Part shown: positions 23,890 through 38,419 of the stretch, in pieces | Layout of the letters: the number at the start of each line of letters is the position of its first letter | How positions within the stretch are numbered: the first letter of the stretch is position 1 | DNA from: Octopus sinensis | Lineage: Eukaryota | Direction of reading: 5' to 3' | NCBI RefSeq assembly: GCF_006345805.1 | Contig: NC_042999.1 | Coordinates: 108,624,001 to 108,688,000 of the forward strand | Length of the DNA: 64,000 nt | The notes under the pieces: generated by a model | The model's database searches: none | Seen by the model: the letters and a program-made list of their open reading frames with translations, nothing else | What the model was told of the DNA's origin: nothing | Program-made: the position numbers and the translations under genes

Positions 23890-23893
<4 letters not shown>
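21191..23893 (+). mobile_element. 5'-truncated RTE-clade non-LTR retrotransposon
   Basis: Single open ORF, 3'-UTR and (GAT)n tail; (TA)n on both flanks. Confidence 0.95.
21192..23642 (+). CDS. RTE polyprotein (end of APE endonuclease, RT and PHD-type finger), 5'-truncated, no initiator ATG
   Basis: The frame is open from PQHRLIISDF (end of the APE domain) to the stop. RT motifs FVDLEKAFDRVP, GVHQGSALSPLLF, YADDL, NVAKTK and FRYLG. The ORF track's start at 21402 is TTG. Confidence 0.93.
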   Translation, partial: PQHRLIISDFKLEARRTPRNKPIQKRRIWRLKNPSHGQKFRDILIKKFDEREEELQTSDIEGSWEFLRDSLLSATDQVCGWCKVPSRPRITWWWNSAVDKAICEKRRAWKAWKDGGSRELYQIAKREAGRQVYIAKDVAEKKTFANVQRREDQRAEVFRIARQCVRENSDVIGEKCVRMDDGALAFTTSEKKEAWRSHYERLLNEENEWEEESLPNVDPVEGPATRIDSSLVDKAIKDMKPGKAPGLSGITAEMLKTAGYVGYAIVTRIVNQVVHNGVIPNDWCSSTIVNCYKGKGDALDRNNYRGIKLLDQVMKVSEKVITNLIRERICLDEMQFGFVPGRSTTDAIFLVRQLQEKYLAKDKPLYIAFVDLEKAFDRVPRSLIWWSMRKLEIEEWLIRAVQALYREAVSKVRIGNEYSEEFRVEVGVHQGSALSPLLFIIVLQAITEEFKTGCPWELLYADDLALIAESLPELEEKFRVWKQGLESKGLRINVAKTKVLVSNKRYSAHIPSGRWPCSTCRKGTGRNSIRCTQCKLWTHKRCSNIKGKLTDKIAFMCGRCTGTIDTTDTQKTDSITLQGEKLEVVDSFRYLGDQVSSGGGCTESITTRIRIAWAKFRKLLPLLATKGLSLRAKGRLYDACVRTAMLHGNETWAVTAEDMRRLERNEASMIRWMCSVSVHAKQSVSILREMLDIRSIRCGVQERRLRWYGHVLRMDEERCVKKCHSQTVEGIRGRGRPRKTWDEVVKHDLRTLGLTEAMAKDRDLWRYAVTTKTRAAFCSNSTYPLPILSTPDPQSTLDPQSTPIPKVPRTSLPPCR

Positions 23894-23952
<59 letters not shown>

Positions 23953-24046
23953 TACATATATGCGTGTGTGTGTAAATGTATGCCTGTTGAATGTGCATGT
24001 TTATTTTATATATATTCATACACACACACACACATATATATATATA

Positions 24047-24558
24047 CTAGGTTGAGGAAAAAGTTTGTACACTGTGTTAAAATAATGATTTTTTATTCAA
24101 GAATTTATTCAAAAACAACAACTATTCTTCAAAATAAAGATCATTTTCCATGACCTTATGCTAGCAACCTGCAAGCTTTCGGATTTGGTCAAAGTGCCAA
24201 TCCTTCAGCTTTGAATTGAAAAATTTTTGACAGGCTTCTTCACCTTCATTGAATGACTCAAATCGGCAATCTTTCATAAAGTGTTGCATTGATCGGAAGA
24301 GACCATAGTCAGATGAAGCAATATCTGGACTATAGGCTCAACATGACAGAACTTCCACACTGTCCAATTCTTCAATCTTGTTGCTGGTCTTTCTGGCAGC
24401 ATGCAGCTTTGCATTGTGTTGTTGAAACAAAGCACATTTTCGATGAACAAGTCTTGTGTACTTTTCAACAGTGAGTCACCAATGAACAAAACATGAACTG
24501 AATGAACATACACACCACGAAAATATATACAAGAGCATAAACTTTTTCCTCAACCTAA
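24047..24558 (-). mobile_element. Internally deleted mariner (Tc1/mariner) element
   Basis: TIR taggttgaggaaaaagttt at both ends with a TA TSD. The minus strand encodes AYSPDIASSDYGLFRSMQHF (YSPDLAPSD motif) and a degenerate HDNA. Confidence 0.9.
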
Positions 24559-24576
24559 TATATATATATATATATA

Positions 24577-24612
<36 letters not shown>

Positions 24613-24615
24613 TAT

Positions 24616-24659
<44 letters not shown>

Positions 24660-25169
24660 CCAAGTATGTATATAAACGTGTGTGTGTATGTTTGTATATG
24701 TATACATTCACATACATATGTATACAGAAGAGACAGGCAGAGACAAAGAGAAATAGACAGACAGACCAACAGGCTTACCCTTTTCAAAGGTTCTTCTTTC
24801 TATTCTCGAAAATCTGAAATTCAGTTTTATTTCATAGAAAACAAATGCCAGCTTTATACTTTTGTATATGATAGATAATTTGTGTCTATTTTTAACTGAG
24901 GTGGGTGCAACTGTTTTTATCCCCAAAATTTTCCCACCATCAGATCACATACTAAAACTATAATTGGGATATTGCCAGTGTGCTAGTTTAAAACAATTTC
25001 GTTAGCTGGCATCTTACTTCACATGAACTCTTTTAACTTTTTGTATATTCAATATTTTCTTTAACACTTAATGTAACAATTGCATTGAAGTCAAAGATAC
25101 ATATTTGTATATAGATAGATACAAACATATATTATATATATATTTGTATGAACATAGATACAAACATAC

Positions 25170-25209
<40 letters not shown>

Positions 25210-25449
25210 TGCTCATTGAATTTCTTTGTAAATGGTTGACATCTGAAGACATGTGTTTATGCAGACATGTCTTTGGACAGCAACCATCTGCAGATGCTTC
25301 TTTATACAGAAACACAATGCGTTATAGATAATGGCTTTATAATTTGCTAGTTTTATTGAGTACTTTTCCTCATGTTCATTGGTAGTATGTGTTTGAGTGT
25401 GTATATGTATGTGTGTGTATATATATATATAAGAAATATAAACACACAC

Positions 25450-26096
25450 AGAGAGATGAGGACAGCTGCATGAAGAAGTGCCACTCTCTAAACTGTGGAA
25501 GGAACCTGAGGTGGTGAAACATAACCTTCGAACATTGGGCCTCACAGAGGCAATGACAGGAGACCAAGACCTTTGGAGATATGCTGTGATTGAGAAGACC
25601 TGGCAACTGAATTGAGATCACAGCCATGCATGTCCAGCCCAGTTAAGAGTACCCCTGATGTGTCATGCAATATAATATGCTTCAGAAGACCTATTGAGTC
25701 AAGTAAAACCAATATCATAGCTGTGACCAGTGCCCCCTAACTGGCTCCCATGCTAGTGGCACATAAAAAGCACCATCCAAAGGTGGTCGATGCCAGGCCT
25801 ACCTGACTGGCTCCCATGCTGGTGGCACATAAAAAGCACCATCCGAACGTGGCCAATACCAGTACCCCCTAACTGGCCCCCATGTCAGTGGCACGTAAAA
25901 AGCACTATCTGAACATGATTAATACCAAACCTGCTTGACTGGCTCCTGTGTCAGTGGCACATAAAAAAAGCACCCACTACACTCTCGGAGTGGTTGGCAT
26001 TAGGAAGGGCATCCAGCTGTTGAAACATTGCCAGATCAATTAGAGCCGGTGCAGCCGCTGGCTCTCCAGACCTCAGTCAAACGCCCCACAATGATG

Positions 26097-26097
<1 letters not shown>
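25450..26097 (+). mobile_element. 5'-truncated RTE copy (ORF end plus repeated 3'-UTR)
   Basis: Homologous to 23330-23500 (KKCHS...LGLTEAM...DLWRYAV), then four ~60-bp UTR units and the RTE terminus. Confidence 0.9.
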
Positions 26098-26136
<39 letters not shown>

Positions 26137-26227
26137 ATATATTATTATATTATATATTATATATATATATATATTATAATATATATATATAAAGATATAT
26201 ATATAATATATATATATATTATTTATA

Positions 26228-26266
<39 letters not shown>

Positions 26267-26763
26267 TTATATATATAATATATATTTTTTAATATTTAAT
26301 ATATATATATTTTATATATTTATATATTATTATATATATATATTTATATATTAATATATATATATATTTATATATTTTATATATATATATATTTATCTAT
26401 TTATTATTTTATATATATATTTATATATTTATATATTTATATATATATATATATATTATATATTTATATATATATATAGACATATTATATATTATTATAT
26501 ATAGATATATATATATTTATATATATATATATATATTATTATATATATATATATAATATATATTATTATATATATATAAATATATATATATATAATATAT
26601 AAATATATAAATATATATATATATATATAATATATATATATATATATAATATATAAATATATATATATTATATAATATATATATATATATAATATATATA
26701 TCTATATAAATATAAATATATATATATAAATATAAATATGTATAATATATAAATATATATATA

Positions 26764-26798
<35 letters not shown>

Positions 26799-26835
26799 TA
26801 TATAATATATATAATATATATATAGATATATATAC

Positions 26836-26877
<42 letters not shown>

Positions 26878-26900
26878 ATATATATATATATAAATATATT

Positions 26901-26949
26901 AGGGCGGTGCCCCAGCATGGCCTCAGCCGATGGCTGAAACAAGTAAAGA
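26901..26949 (+). mobile_element. SINE/LINE 3'-tail stub
   Basis: agggcggtgccccagcatggcctcagccgatggctgaaacaagtaaaga. Confidence 0.8.
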
Positions 26950-27289
26950 TATATATATATATATAAAATATATATAATATATACTATTTATATATATATA
27001 TATTTATATATAATATATATAATATATTATATATATAATATATATGTATATATATTTATATATATATATATATATATCATTTATATATTTATATATATAT
27101 ATTATATATATATTATAATATTTATATATTTATATATTTATATATTTTATATATATAATATATTTATATATTTATATTATATATATATATATATTTTATA
27201 TTTAATATTTATATATATATATTATATATATTTATATATATATATAATATATATATTAGATAATATATAGATATATATATATTATATAA

Positions 27290-27345
<56 letters not shown>

Positions 27346-27374
27346 TATAGTTATATATATATATAATCTATTTA

Positions 27375-27420
<46 letters not shown>

Positions 27421-27426
27421 TATATA

Positions 27427-27491
<65 letters not shown>

Positions 27492-27594
27492 TATATAATA
27501 TATAAATATAAATATATATAATATATAAATATATATATATATATATATAAATATATAAATATATATATATATATATTAATATATATATATATAT

Positions 27595-27651
<57 letters not shown>

Positions 27652-27697
27652 TATAATATATAAATATATATATATATATAATATAATATATATATAT

Positions 27698-27757
<60 letters not shown>

Positions 27758-27785
27758 CTATAAAATATATATAAATATATTATAT

Positions 27786-27877
<92 letters not shown>

Positions 27878-27896
27878 ATATATTATATATTATATA

Positions 27897-27982
<86 letters not shown>

Positions 27983-28023
27983 TATATATTATATATATAT
28001 ATATTATATATATATTATATATA

Positions 28024-28074
28024 AGGGCGGTGCCCCAGCATGGCCTCAGCCGGATTTGAAACAAGTTAAAAGAA
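28024..28074 (+). mobile_element. SINE/LINE 3'-tail stub (near-duplicate of 26901)
   Basis: agggcggtgccccagcatggcctcagccggatttgaaacaagttaaaaga. Confidence 0.8.
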
Positions 28075-28093
28075 TATATATATATATATAAAT

Positions 28094-28149
<56 letters not shown>

Positions 28150-28278
28150 TATATATTTATATTATATATAATATATATATATATATATTTATATATAATA
28201 TATATATATATATATAATATATTATATATATATATATATAATATATATATATATATATTTTTAATATATTATATATTA

Positions 28279-28323
<45 letters not shown>

Positions 28324-28347
28324 ATATATATATATTTATATTTTATA

Positions 28348-28382
<35 letters not shown>

Positions 28383-28422
28383 ATATATATATATATTATT
28401 TTATATATATATTATTATAATA

Positions 28423-28493
<71 letters not shown>

Positions 28494-28575
28494 TATATAT
28501 ATTATATATATTTATATATATAGATATATATATAGATATATATATTATTATATATATATTATATATATATATATA

Positions 28576-28606
<31 letters not shown>

Positions 28607-28906
28607 TTTTATATATATATAATATAATATTTTTATATATATATATATATATTTTTATATATATATATATATATTTTTATATTATATATATATATATTTT
28701 TATATATATATATATATATATTTTTATATATATATATATATATTTTTATATATATATATATATATTTTTATATATATATATATATATATTTTTATATATA
28801 TATATATATTATATTTTTATATATATATATATATTTTTATATATATATATATTTTTATATATATATATATATTTTTATATATATATATATATATTTTTAT
28901 ATATAT

Positions 28907-30920
28907 TGATGATTGATTGATTGATTGATTCTAGTTTCAGCTTATGAGCTGTGGCCATGCTGGGGCACCGCCATTTGTGTTTGCTACTTGTTTCACTTCA
29001 TGGAGGCTTTCTAGCAACTGCTATTTGGTGCATGAGAGAGTTCGATGCAGCTGCCCTCATCTGCCCCTCCTGCCGTGAAGTTGGTTCATCTGGGACACCT
29101 GACAGGAAGAGATCCAGCTTCATTTTAAAGACATCTGTATCCACCCCATGCAGGTCTCTCAGGTTCTTCGGGAGGATATTGAAGAGCTGTGGGCCTCGGA
29201 AGCCCAGGCTATCACAGAATCTTGTCCTACATCTTGATGGCAGGTTTGGAGTCCTAGGCACCACGCAGTGGTGCCCAGTTCTGGCATTTGCGTAACTCTC
29301 GATGCCAAAGTTCAGGACACTTCCCTCCAGGATCTTCCAGATGTATATTATGGCATATCTTTCCCGCCTACGCTCCAGGGAATATAATTTTAATCTCTTG
29401 AGTCTTTCCCAGTAGCTTACATTCTGCATAGAGGCTATCTTCTTTGTGTAGCTTCGTTGGGTCGCCTCAAGTTCTGTGATCAACTTGACACTGGATGGTG
29501 ACCATAGCTGAGAGCAATAGTCAAAGTGGCTTAGGACAAGTGTCTTCCAGAGGACCATCATGGTTTCTTGTTCTCTTGTTCTAAAGGTTCTAAGAATCCA
29601 TCCAGCCAGCCGTCTACATTTCAGTGTCAGTTTAGCAACATGTACATGAAAGGTCGCGTCATCACTCATGTGAATACCAGGTCACGCACTGATTGTGCCT
29701 CTGGGATTGCAATCCCTCCGGGTCCAGTGTATTCATTGGGTATTGCATTCAGTTTTGCATGCTGATAGTATAAAGCTTGAAACTTTCCAGCATTGAACTG
29801 CATGCTATTCTTTTCAGCCCACTTGTATATTTCGTCCAGCTCACATTGCAGGTGTTTAGTGTCCTCAGGGTTCTGTATTGCCTGTGAAACTTTTGTATCA
29901 TCTGCATAACTTGTGATCGTGGCTCTCTGCGTGGCTGAGGGCATGTCTGAGAGGGCCATTATGAAGAGTAGTGGTCCCAGAACAGTGCCCTGCGGAACAC
30001 CGCTCACTATTTGTGTGTTAATGGAGGTGGCCCCATTGGCTACTACCACCTGACTTCTATCCTTCAGAAAGTCATGAAGCCATTCTCCCAGTTTTCCAAC
30101 TATGTTGAGATCACGCAGTTTGTGACATATCATTCCATGATCGACTTTATCAAAGGCCTTTGCAAAGTCGAGATATATCACTTCCACATTTGAGTGGTTG
30201 AGCAGCGCCGTTTCAGCACCCAGTCATAGTGTTGTAGGAGCTGAGTTAAACAGCTTCTCCCTGGTCGGAAACCATGTTGGTGTCGGGCAGCAAGTCATTC
30301 TCTTCAAGGAAGGTGATCAGCTTCCTTCTGACTATTCGTTCCATGACCTTGCTGATGTGTGAGGTCAGAGAGATAGGTCTATAGTTCTTGGCTTCCGCTC
30401 TGCTACCTCCTTTATGAATGGGGCATATTTTACCTTCCTTCAGTTTTCCTGGAAGTTTGCCAGCTGCAAGGAAGCTCTGAAAGAGAACTGCAGTGGTCTT
30501 GCTAGGACTCTCTTACATGCTTTTAGGAGGATTGCCGGGAATCCATCGGGGCCAGTAGCTGAGTCTGTTTTCATTTCATCTATAGCCTTGGTTACATCTT
30601 CTTCCTTTATATCGATGTAATCTATCGTCGCCGCCTCTGATTTTATATCTGCAGTGTTAAAAAAGTCAGTTGGATTGGTGATTTGGAGATGCCCAAGGGG
30701 TGGAGTGAAAACACTCTTGAATTGCTCATTCAGTATTTCAATTACCCTCATTGGTTTTCCTGTAAGTGTGCCATCCTTTTCGAGGAGTGGCCCTATTCTA
30801 CAGTGCACTGTAGCTGTTTCTTTGGCATACCTGTAGAAAGCTCTGGGGTTAGATTTTATGTTTTCTATAGCCCAGGCTTCTCTGTCTGCTCTTTCTTTTT
30901 CATGGGAGAGTTGCAGACAG
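28907..30920 (-). mobile_element. 5'-truncated CR1-group LINE (RT) with four frameshifts
   Basis: Motifs [70 protein letters not shown] and LYSLERRR; (CAAT)n 3' tail. Confidence 0.93.
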
Positions 30921-33150
<2,230 letters not shown>

Positions 33151-33151
33151 A

Positions 33152-33270
33152 AGATAGAGAAAAACCACTATTATGCAATTTAAACAATGATAGACATAAA
33201 CCAAATCATAAATAAAAAATAAAATATATTTTTTAAAACATATAAGTTGATCTCAAAAGGTATAAAAATG
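33152..33270 (+). repeat. Fragment related to the arm of the 20.8-kb hammerhead foldback
   Basis: agagaaaaaccactattatgcaa vs agagacaaaaccactattatgcaa. Confidence 0.6.
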
Positions 33271-33305
33271 AATAATCAATATATATACATACATGCATAC
33301 ATACA

Positions 33306-33765
33306 GGCATGGTTGTGTGGTTCTTAGTTTGCTTCCCCAGTCACCTTGTTGCAAGTTCAGTACCACTACATGACACCTTGCCCTGCGTCAACCAAAGCCT
33401 TTTGTAAACAGATATTGAAAGAAGCACCCACGTGTGTGTGTGTGTGTGTGTGAATGTATGTTAGAATCTCCTTGTCTTGACAGACAAGCAGATATAATAT
33501 AAAGATATATGTCATGGTGTTGACCAGACTATCAGATAGTGTTATGCATCACTGGTCACAGATGTATGTCACATCATTTTAGCTTTCAAATGATGCCACC
33601 CCATTAGCAAGACAAGCTGGCCAACATTCCCCCTGATTGGAAGGCTATTCCATCACAGTGTTACACACATCTTCAGAACACAACGTGCAGCTAGTCTGAG
33701 TAGCAAAACAGCAATCTCACGATCGTTAGTGCAATAACCCTAATCACTAGGCCATGCACTTTCAC
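33306..33765. mobile_element. SINE-1 head (+, 33306-33430) and a decayed minus-strand SINE (33470-33765)
   Basis: ggcatggttgtgtggt head; on minus, a head ending ccctaatcactaggccatgcac. Confidence 0.55.
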
Positions 33766-33879
33766 ATGCACACATACAATGTACACCCATCCATACATGC
33801 TTACATACAAATCCATAGGAATTCCAACCACGTTTCATGATTCACTACCTCAGCAGCTCCTTTATAGGATACAATGGCT

Positions 33880-34110
33880 AAAGACATTATCAGGAGGAAC
33901 CACATCTGGTTTTGGCCCCTACACCTCTACTGTTTTTGACATGGCATGGCCCCAACTTTTGGAGATGTCTTCAGCTCTGGTGCTGAGTGCGTTTTTTCTT
34001 TCTCCTTTTTTCTTTGGCCTTTTGTTCTTTGGTTTCTTCGATGCAGCTTCAACGAATGTCAGTGAGCAAATGACTATCCTGCCAAATTTCCCTTTAAATA
34101 CTCACTGGTA
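33880..34110 (-). pseudogene. Possible decayed C-terminus of a second RTE (BovB-like) lineage
   Basis: The minus strand gives a basic tract, CIEETKEQKAKEKRRKKKR, followed by a degenerate zinc-finger-like end. Confidence 0.35.
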
Positions 34111-34347
34111 GGATTTCTGTAGTTTTTGTTACATAATGACTTGCAAAATTTTGGTTGACCCAAGATAGTATTACAATCAGCATTAAAGCATGAGTTGGGG
34201 AAGTAAATTTCTTAACTTCATAGCCTCACACATGCTAAATTTCTAACTATTAGTCCTTAGGAAATTAATAAAATTCAGAAAAACTACATTGCCTTTTAAA
34301 ATATATTTTACAAATTAGTGGTAATTTACTTATATAAATGAGTTTTA

Positions 34348-34810
34348 GGTGCATGGCTCAGTGGTTAGAGTGTCAGGCTCACAGTCATGAGGTATACATA
34401 TATATACATACAGATGTGTACATATATATGGTAGACAGAAACAGAAAGAAGCCTTTCATGTATACATATATATATATGTATATGGCTCAGTGGTTAGAGT
34501 GTTAGACTCACAATAATGAGGTTGTCAGTTTAATTCCATGACCGGGCTGTGTGTTGTCTTCTTGAATAAGACACTTTATTTCACATTGCTTCAGTTCACT
34601 CAGCTGTAGAAATGAGTTGCAACATCACTGAGGCTAAGCTGTATCAGCCTTTGCCTTTCCTTGAATAACATCAGTGGCATTGAGCAGGAAGGCTGGTATG
34701 CATAGGTGATTGTTGATCTTCTATAAGCAAACTTGCCCAGACTTGTGCCTCGGAGAACTTTCTAGGTGCAGTCCCATGGTTATTCATGACTGAAGGGGTT
34801 CTTTACTTTT
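34348..34810 (+). mobile_element. SINE family 2 (duplicated head plus full copy from ~34483)
   Basis: Box A tggctcagtggttagag occurs twice; body aagacactttatttcacattgcttcag. Confidence 0.75.
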
Positions 34811-35579
34811 ACTTTAATGTTAAACTTTTGAACTTGATGATGATGAGATATATATTTTACTAATATTATTTTATTTTCTGCTCTATGCATTATTCTGGAG
34901 TACTAAACAGATGCACAATATACTTAGAATATATTATTTTGGTTTTGAAAATAATATTCAAAGTTTATGAAAAAGCAGGATTTTAACTTCTTTGTGAAGT
35001 TAGATGTAGAAAGTTTTTGATAAATTGACATTGCATTCCTTACTTTGAAGAACTGTAAGTGTTTCATACATCTTTCCCATGAGTATTACTAGCGTTAACT
35101 GGATAAAAATTTAAGGCGTATGAATAAACAGGGAGGAGATATCAGCCATGAATGAGTTAATTCTTTTGCAAAAAAAAATTGCATGATATTTAATATGTGT
35201 GCTTCTTTAGTAGATGACAAATGCAACTAGCAAATGGAGTTTGAAGCTGCTTTTTAAATCTTTTTGGTGTTATTTGGAGAAGAGTTGTGTTCTTTCCCTC
35301 TACAGTAAATAAATAAAGAGTTATGGTCTTATTTTGGATGTATTGTGACACCAGTGTTAGTGAGGTAATAGGACTCAGAACTCCTCCTTGTGCAGTTGAT
35401 TTAAAGATAACCATACATTCATACAAAATTTTGTGTGTGTGTGCGCACATGCGCATACATGTGTGTATGTATATGTGTCTGTGTATATATATACACACAC
35501 ATATACACACAGACATACACAGACATATGTGCATGTGTCTGTATATATATATATACACACACATACTGTACAACCACAA

Positions 35580-35880
35580 GATTTAGTAGTTAAGGTGTTT
35601 GGCTCATGACCAAGTGATTAGAGATTAAATCCTTGGACCAGGCTTTGTGGTATGTCCTTGAGAAAGGCACATCATTCATTTTACATTGCTTCAATCTATT
35701 CAGCTGAAAATGAAATGAATACCACTCAGATGATAGTTCCTTTCACATCCTGAATATTTCGCTAGGTCAGGGAAGAGAGGATCAAAAGACTGTATGTCTA
35801 CTCGCAAGTGTATGGGTACCTAAAACAGTTAACATGGTACATGCTTTTGCTGAACCATGCTTGCTTGCAGATAATAGCTG
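35580..35880 (+). mobile_element. Decayed SINE family-2-like element
   Basis: tgtccttgag...ttacattgcttcaatctattcagctgaaaatg; tail related to 46115-46620. Confidence 0.5.
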
Positions 35881-36364
35881 GCTATACTTATTCATATACA
35901 CTACATTCTTAAGCATAATTCCTCCAAGTCTCTGCATTCACTATGATATACTATCATGTCTAATACACATATGATTATGATGCTCATAATATCATCTAAT
36001 CAATACACTCTTCACTTCTACCTCCATGCATCATAAAACCTATATAAATGAATATACATAAACAGTCTTCAGTGATGCTCATTCTGTAATGTTCTTTCAC
36101 CAAACATCATCACAGTTAACACCCAATTCATGCATGTATAGAGCATGCAGCTATTGTAGTCTTCATCTTTTATATGTCCATTCACCTGAAACTAATGCTC
36201 TAGATTAATACAATATCTGTTGCTTGCTAATGGTTGGTGATGATAAAAACACCGATGATTGAATACAGTTGAAATTAATATAGTCTTCTCTTTCCCATTA
36301 AGCCAAGATGTTAGAGTGACACTGAGATTGAATACCTAACAGGCTTATAAAATCTGTGTGAATC

Positions 36365-36792
36365 TAGGTGCTGGCATGGTTCTACACATCAGGTTCAGTG
36401 GCATCTTGGACAAGTGTCTTGTATTATAGCCCCATGCTATGCAAAGCTTTATGAGTGGATTTTGGTTGAAAGAAACATGTTATATATGTATTACATTATA
36501 TTGTGTGTGTGTATTTGTGTCTTGTTGCCTTGACATCATGTGATTGTAAATGTGTGTCACTGACAAGCAAACAATTTCATTCATTTCCAGTATTCTGCAA
36601 AAACATGCCTGGCCATGAGGAAATATTACCATGCTTGGAAACAGGTGAGACCTGGCTGAATTTTCCTGAGACCTACATTAAGGGTTCACGTGTCTGTAGA
36701 GTGGTCAGCCACTTGCACGTTAATTTCACAAGCAAGCTGTTCTGTTGATCATATCAGCTGGGACCCTCATCGTCGTACCAGACGAATTGCTC

Positions 36793-36835
<43 letters not shown>

Positions 36836-37148
36836 GCATAGATATAGTTGTATGATAACCAACACTGTTCCAGGATCAGTCACTTAGTTGAGTGGATTTG
36901 GATGATGGAAATTGAAAGAAGCCTGTCATGCGCATATATGTAAGTCTTTGTGTTTGTCCTCCACAACCATTTGACAACCAGTGTTGGTTTGTTTACATCC
37001 CTATAGCTTAGCAGTTCAACAACAAGAGACTGATACCATAAGTGACTAGCTTTAAAGAAATAAGTACAAGGATCAATTTGTTCGACTAAACCCTTCAAGG
37101 TAGTACCCCAGCATGGCCAGAGTCTAATGACTGAAGCAAGTAAAAGAT
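36365..37148 (+). mobile_element. Cluster of SINEs: head with family-3 tail (36365-36790) and family-1 body and tail (36880-37148)
   Basis: Shared motifs cacgttaatttcacaagcaagctg and ccccagcatggcc...gactgaagcaagtaaaaga. Confidence 0.7.
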
Positions 37149-38419
37149 AGAAGATATATATGAACATACATAACATCTGCTAATAAAAGTTCATTTATTA
37201 TTACTAATAAACTAAAATCTTATGCTATTCAGTGTTGGGCTAGAACTCATGGAACGATGCAGTACTGCAGAAGACACATATATCCAACTAATTCCAGTAT
37301 AGAGAGATAAAATACTGTGATAGTGGTGGTAGCAACAACAATGCCAATCATCATCATCATCTTCACTATCAAAATTGTATTTTATAACATTATTGTCTTA
37401 TAAGAGATTTTCTATGAAAAATATTGAATTGCATTTTCTGTATTAGAGAAGTTTCAAACCTAATGTGAAATTAATGATTAGATTATTAAGGATTTTATGT
37501 TTTCAAATGTTTTACAATATTTATTTGTTTCCTTCTTTTTTATTCCACTTCCTCTTACAGCGTTGCCATATTTACCCCCACCATAATCATACATCGGACA
37601 ATCAAGTTTTATTTTATTGTTTGGCCTTTAATTAGAAAGAGAAAATTCTCAATAAATGTAAATTATATTGATCTATGAACAGAAGCAACATTTTATGTTT
37701 CTTAATATAGATTTCTCTATGAAGCACGTTCCCCAGCTCGTTTGAAATCTGACAAATACAGCTGTTAGATAAATGTTTATGATGTCATTTTATTCACTCC
37801 TATCATTTGTACTATCATATGGTTTAATAGAACTATTGTTGTATAGGTAGCTATAAGATCACATACTGCATGAATTGAAGAGGTATGAGCTATGCGATGA
37901 AGATTATACCACCGTTAGTTTAAGCTCTAAATCATATTCATTGATGAGGGGTGATGACAATGTTACATCGAGAATACCATCTGCAACTTTTGCAAGTTAA
38001 TTAATTTTCTGTTAAGAACTATGTTAATTGATTGAGCAAAGTAAACAGGCCATACAGTATCACAAAATAAACTGCTCAAAGTTATTTTGTGATAAATAAT
38101 TACATAAATATAGTTAAAACACTGGAAATATTTTATGGTCATTAAAATCATGAATATCATAAGAAATCCTGTTTACTGACCAAGAAAATATGTTCAGTTA
38201 TTATACATTTAACAGTAAATATAATGTTTAAATATGTTATCTGACGCTATTATTATTAACTGTTTTTATATGAAACTAAGGTATTCATTGTACACAATAT
38301 ATGTATGTGTGTGTCTTTTACCTCAGTGTAATTATTTCCCTCTCTTTCTCTCTCCCCTCCCCCATAGACATGTATACATATTTATTTTCAGTAGTGAACA
38401 AGAACAGATACAGCTATGT

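Larger units (their letters stand above)
26098..28905. repeat. Degenerate (TA)n array, ~2.8 kb
   Basis: TA runs punctuated by AAA or TTTTT; two 50-bp GC-rich stubs at 26901 and 28024. Confidence 0.95.

Noticed and set aside
33779-34111. ORF with a hydrophobic Phe-rich segment
   Set aside because: Antisense of a Lys/Arg-rich decayed retroelement tract.
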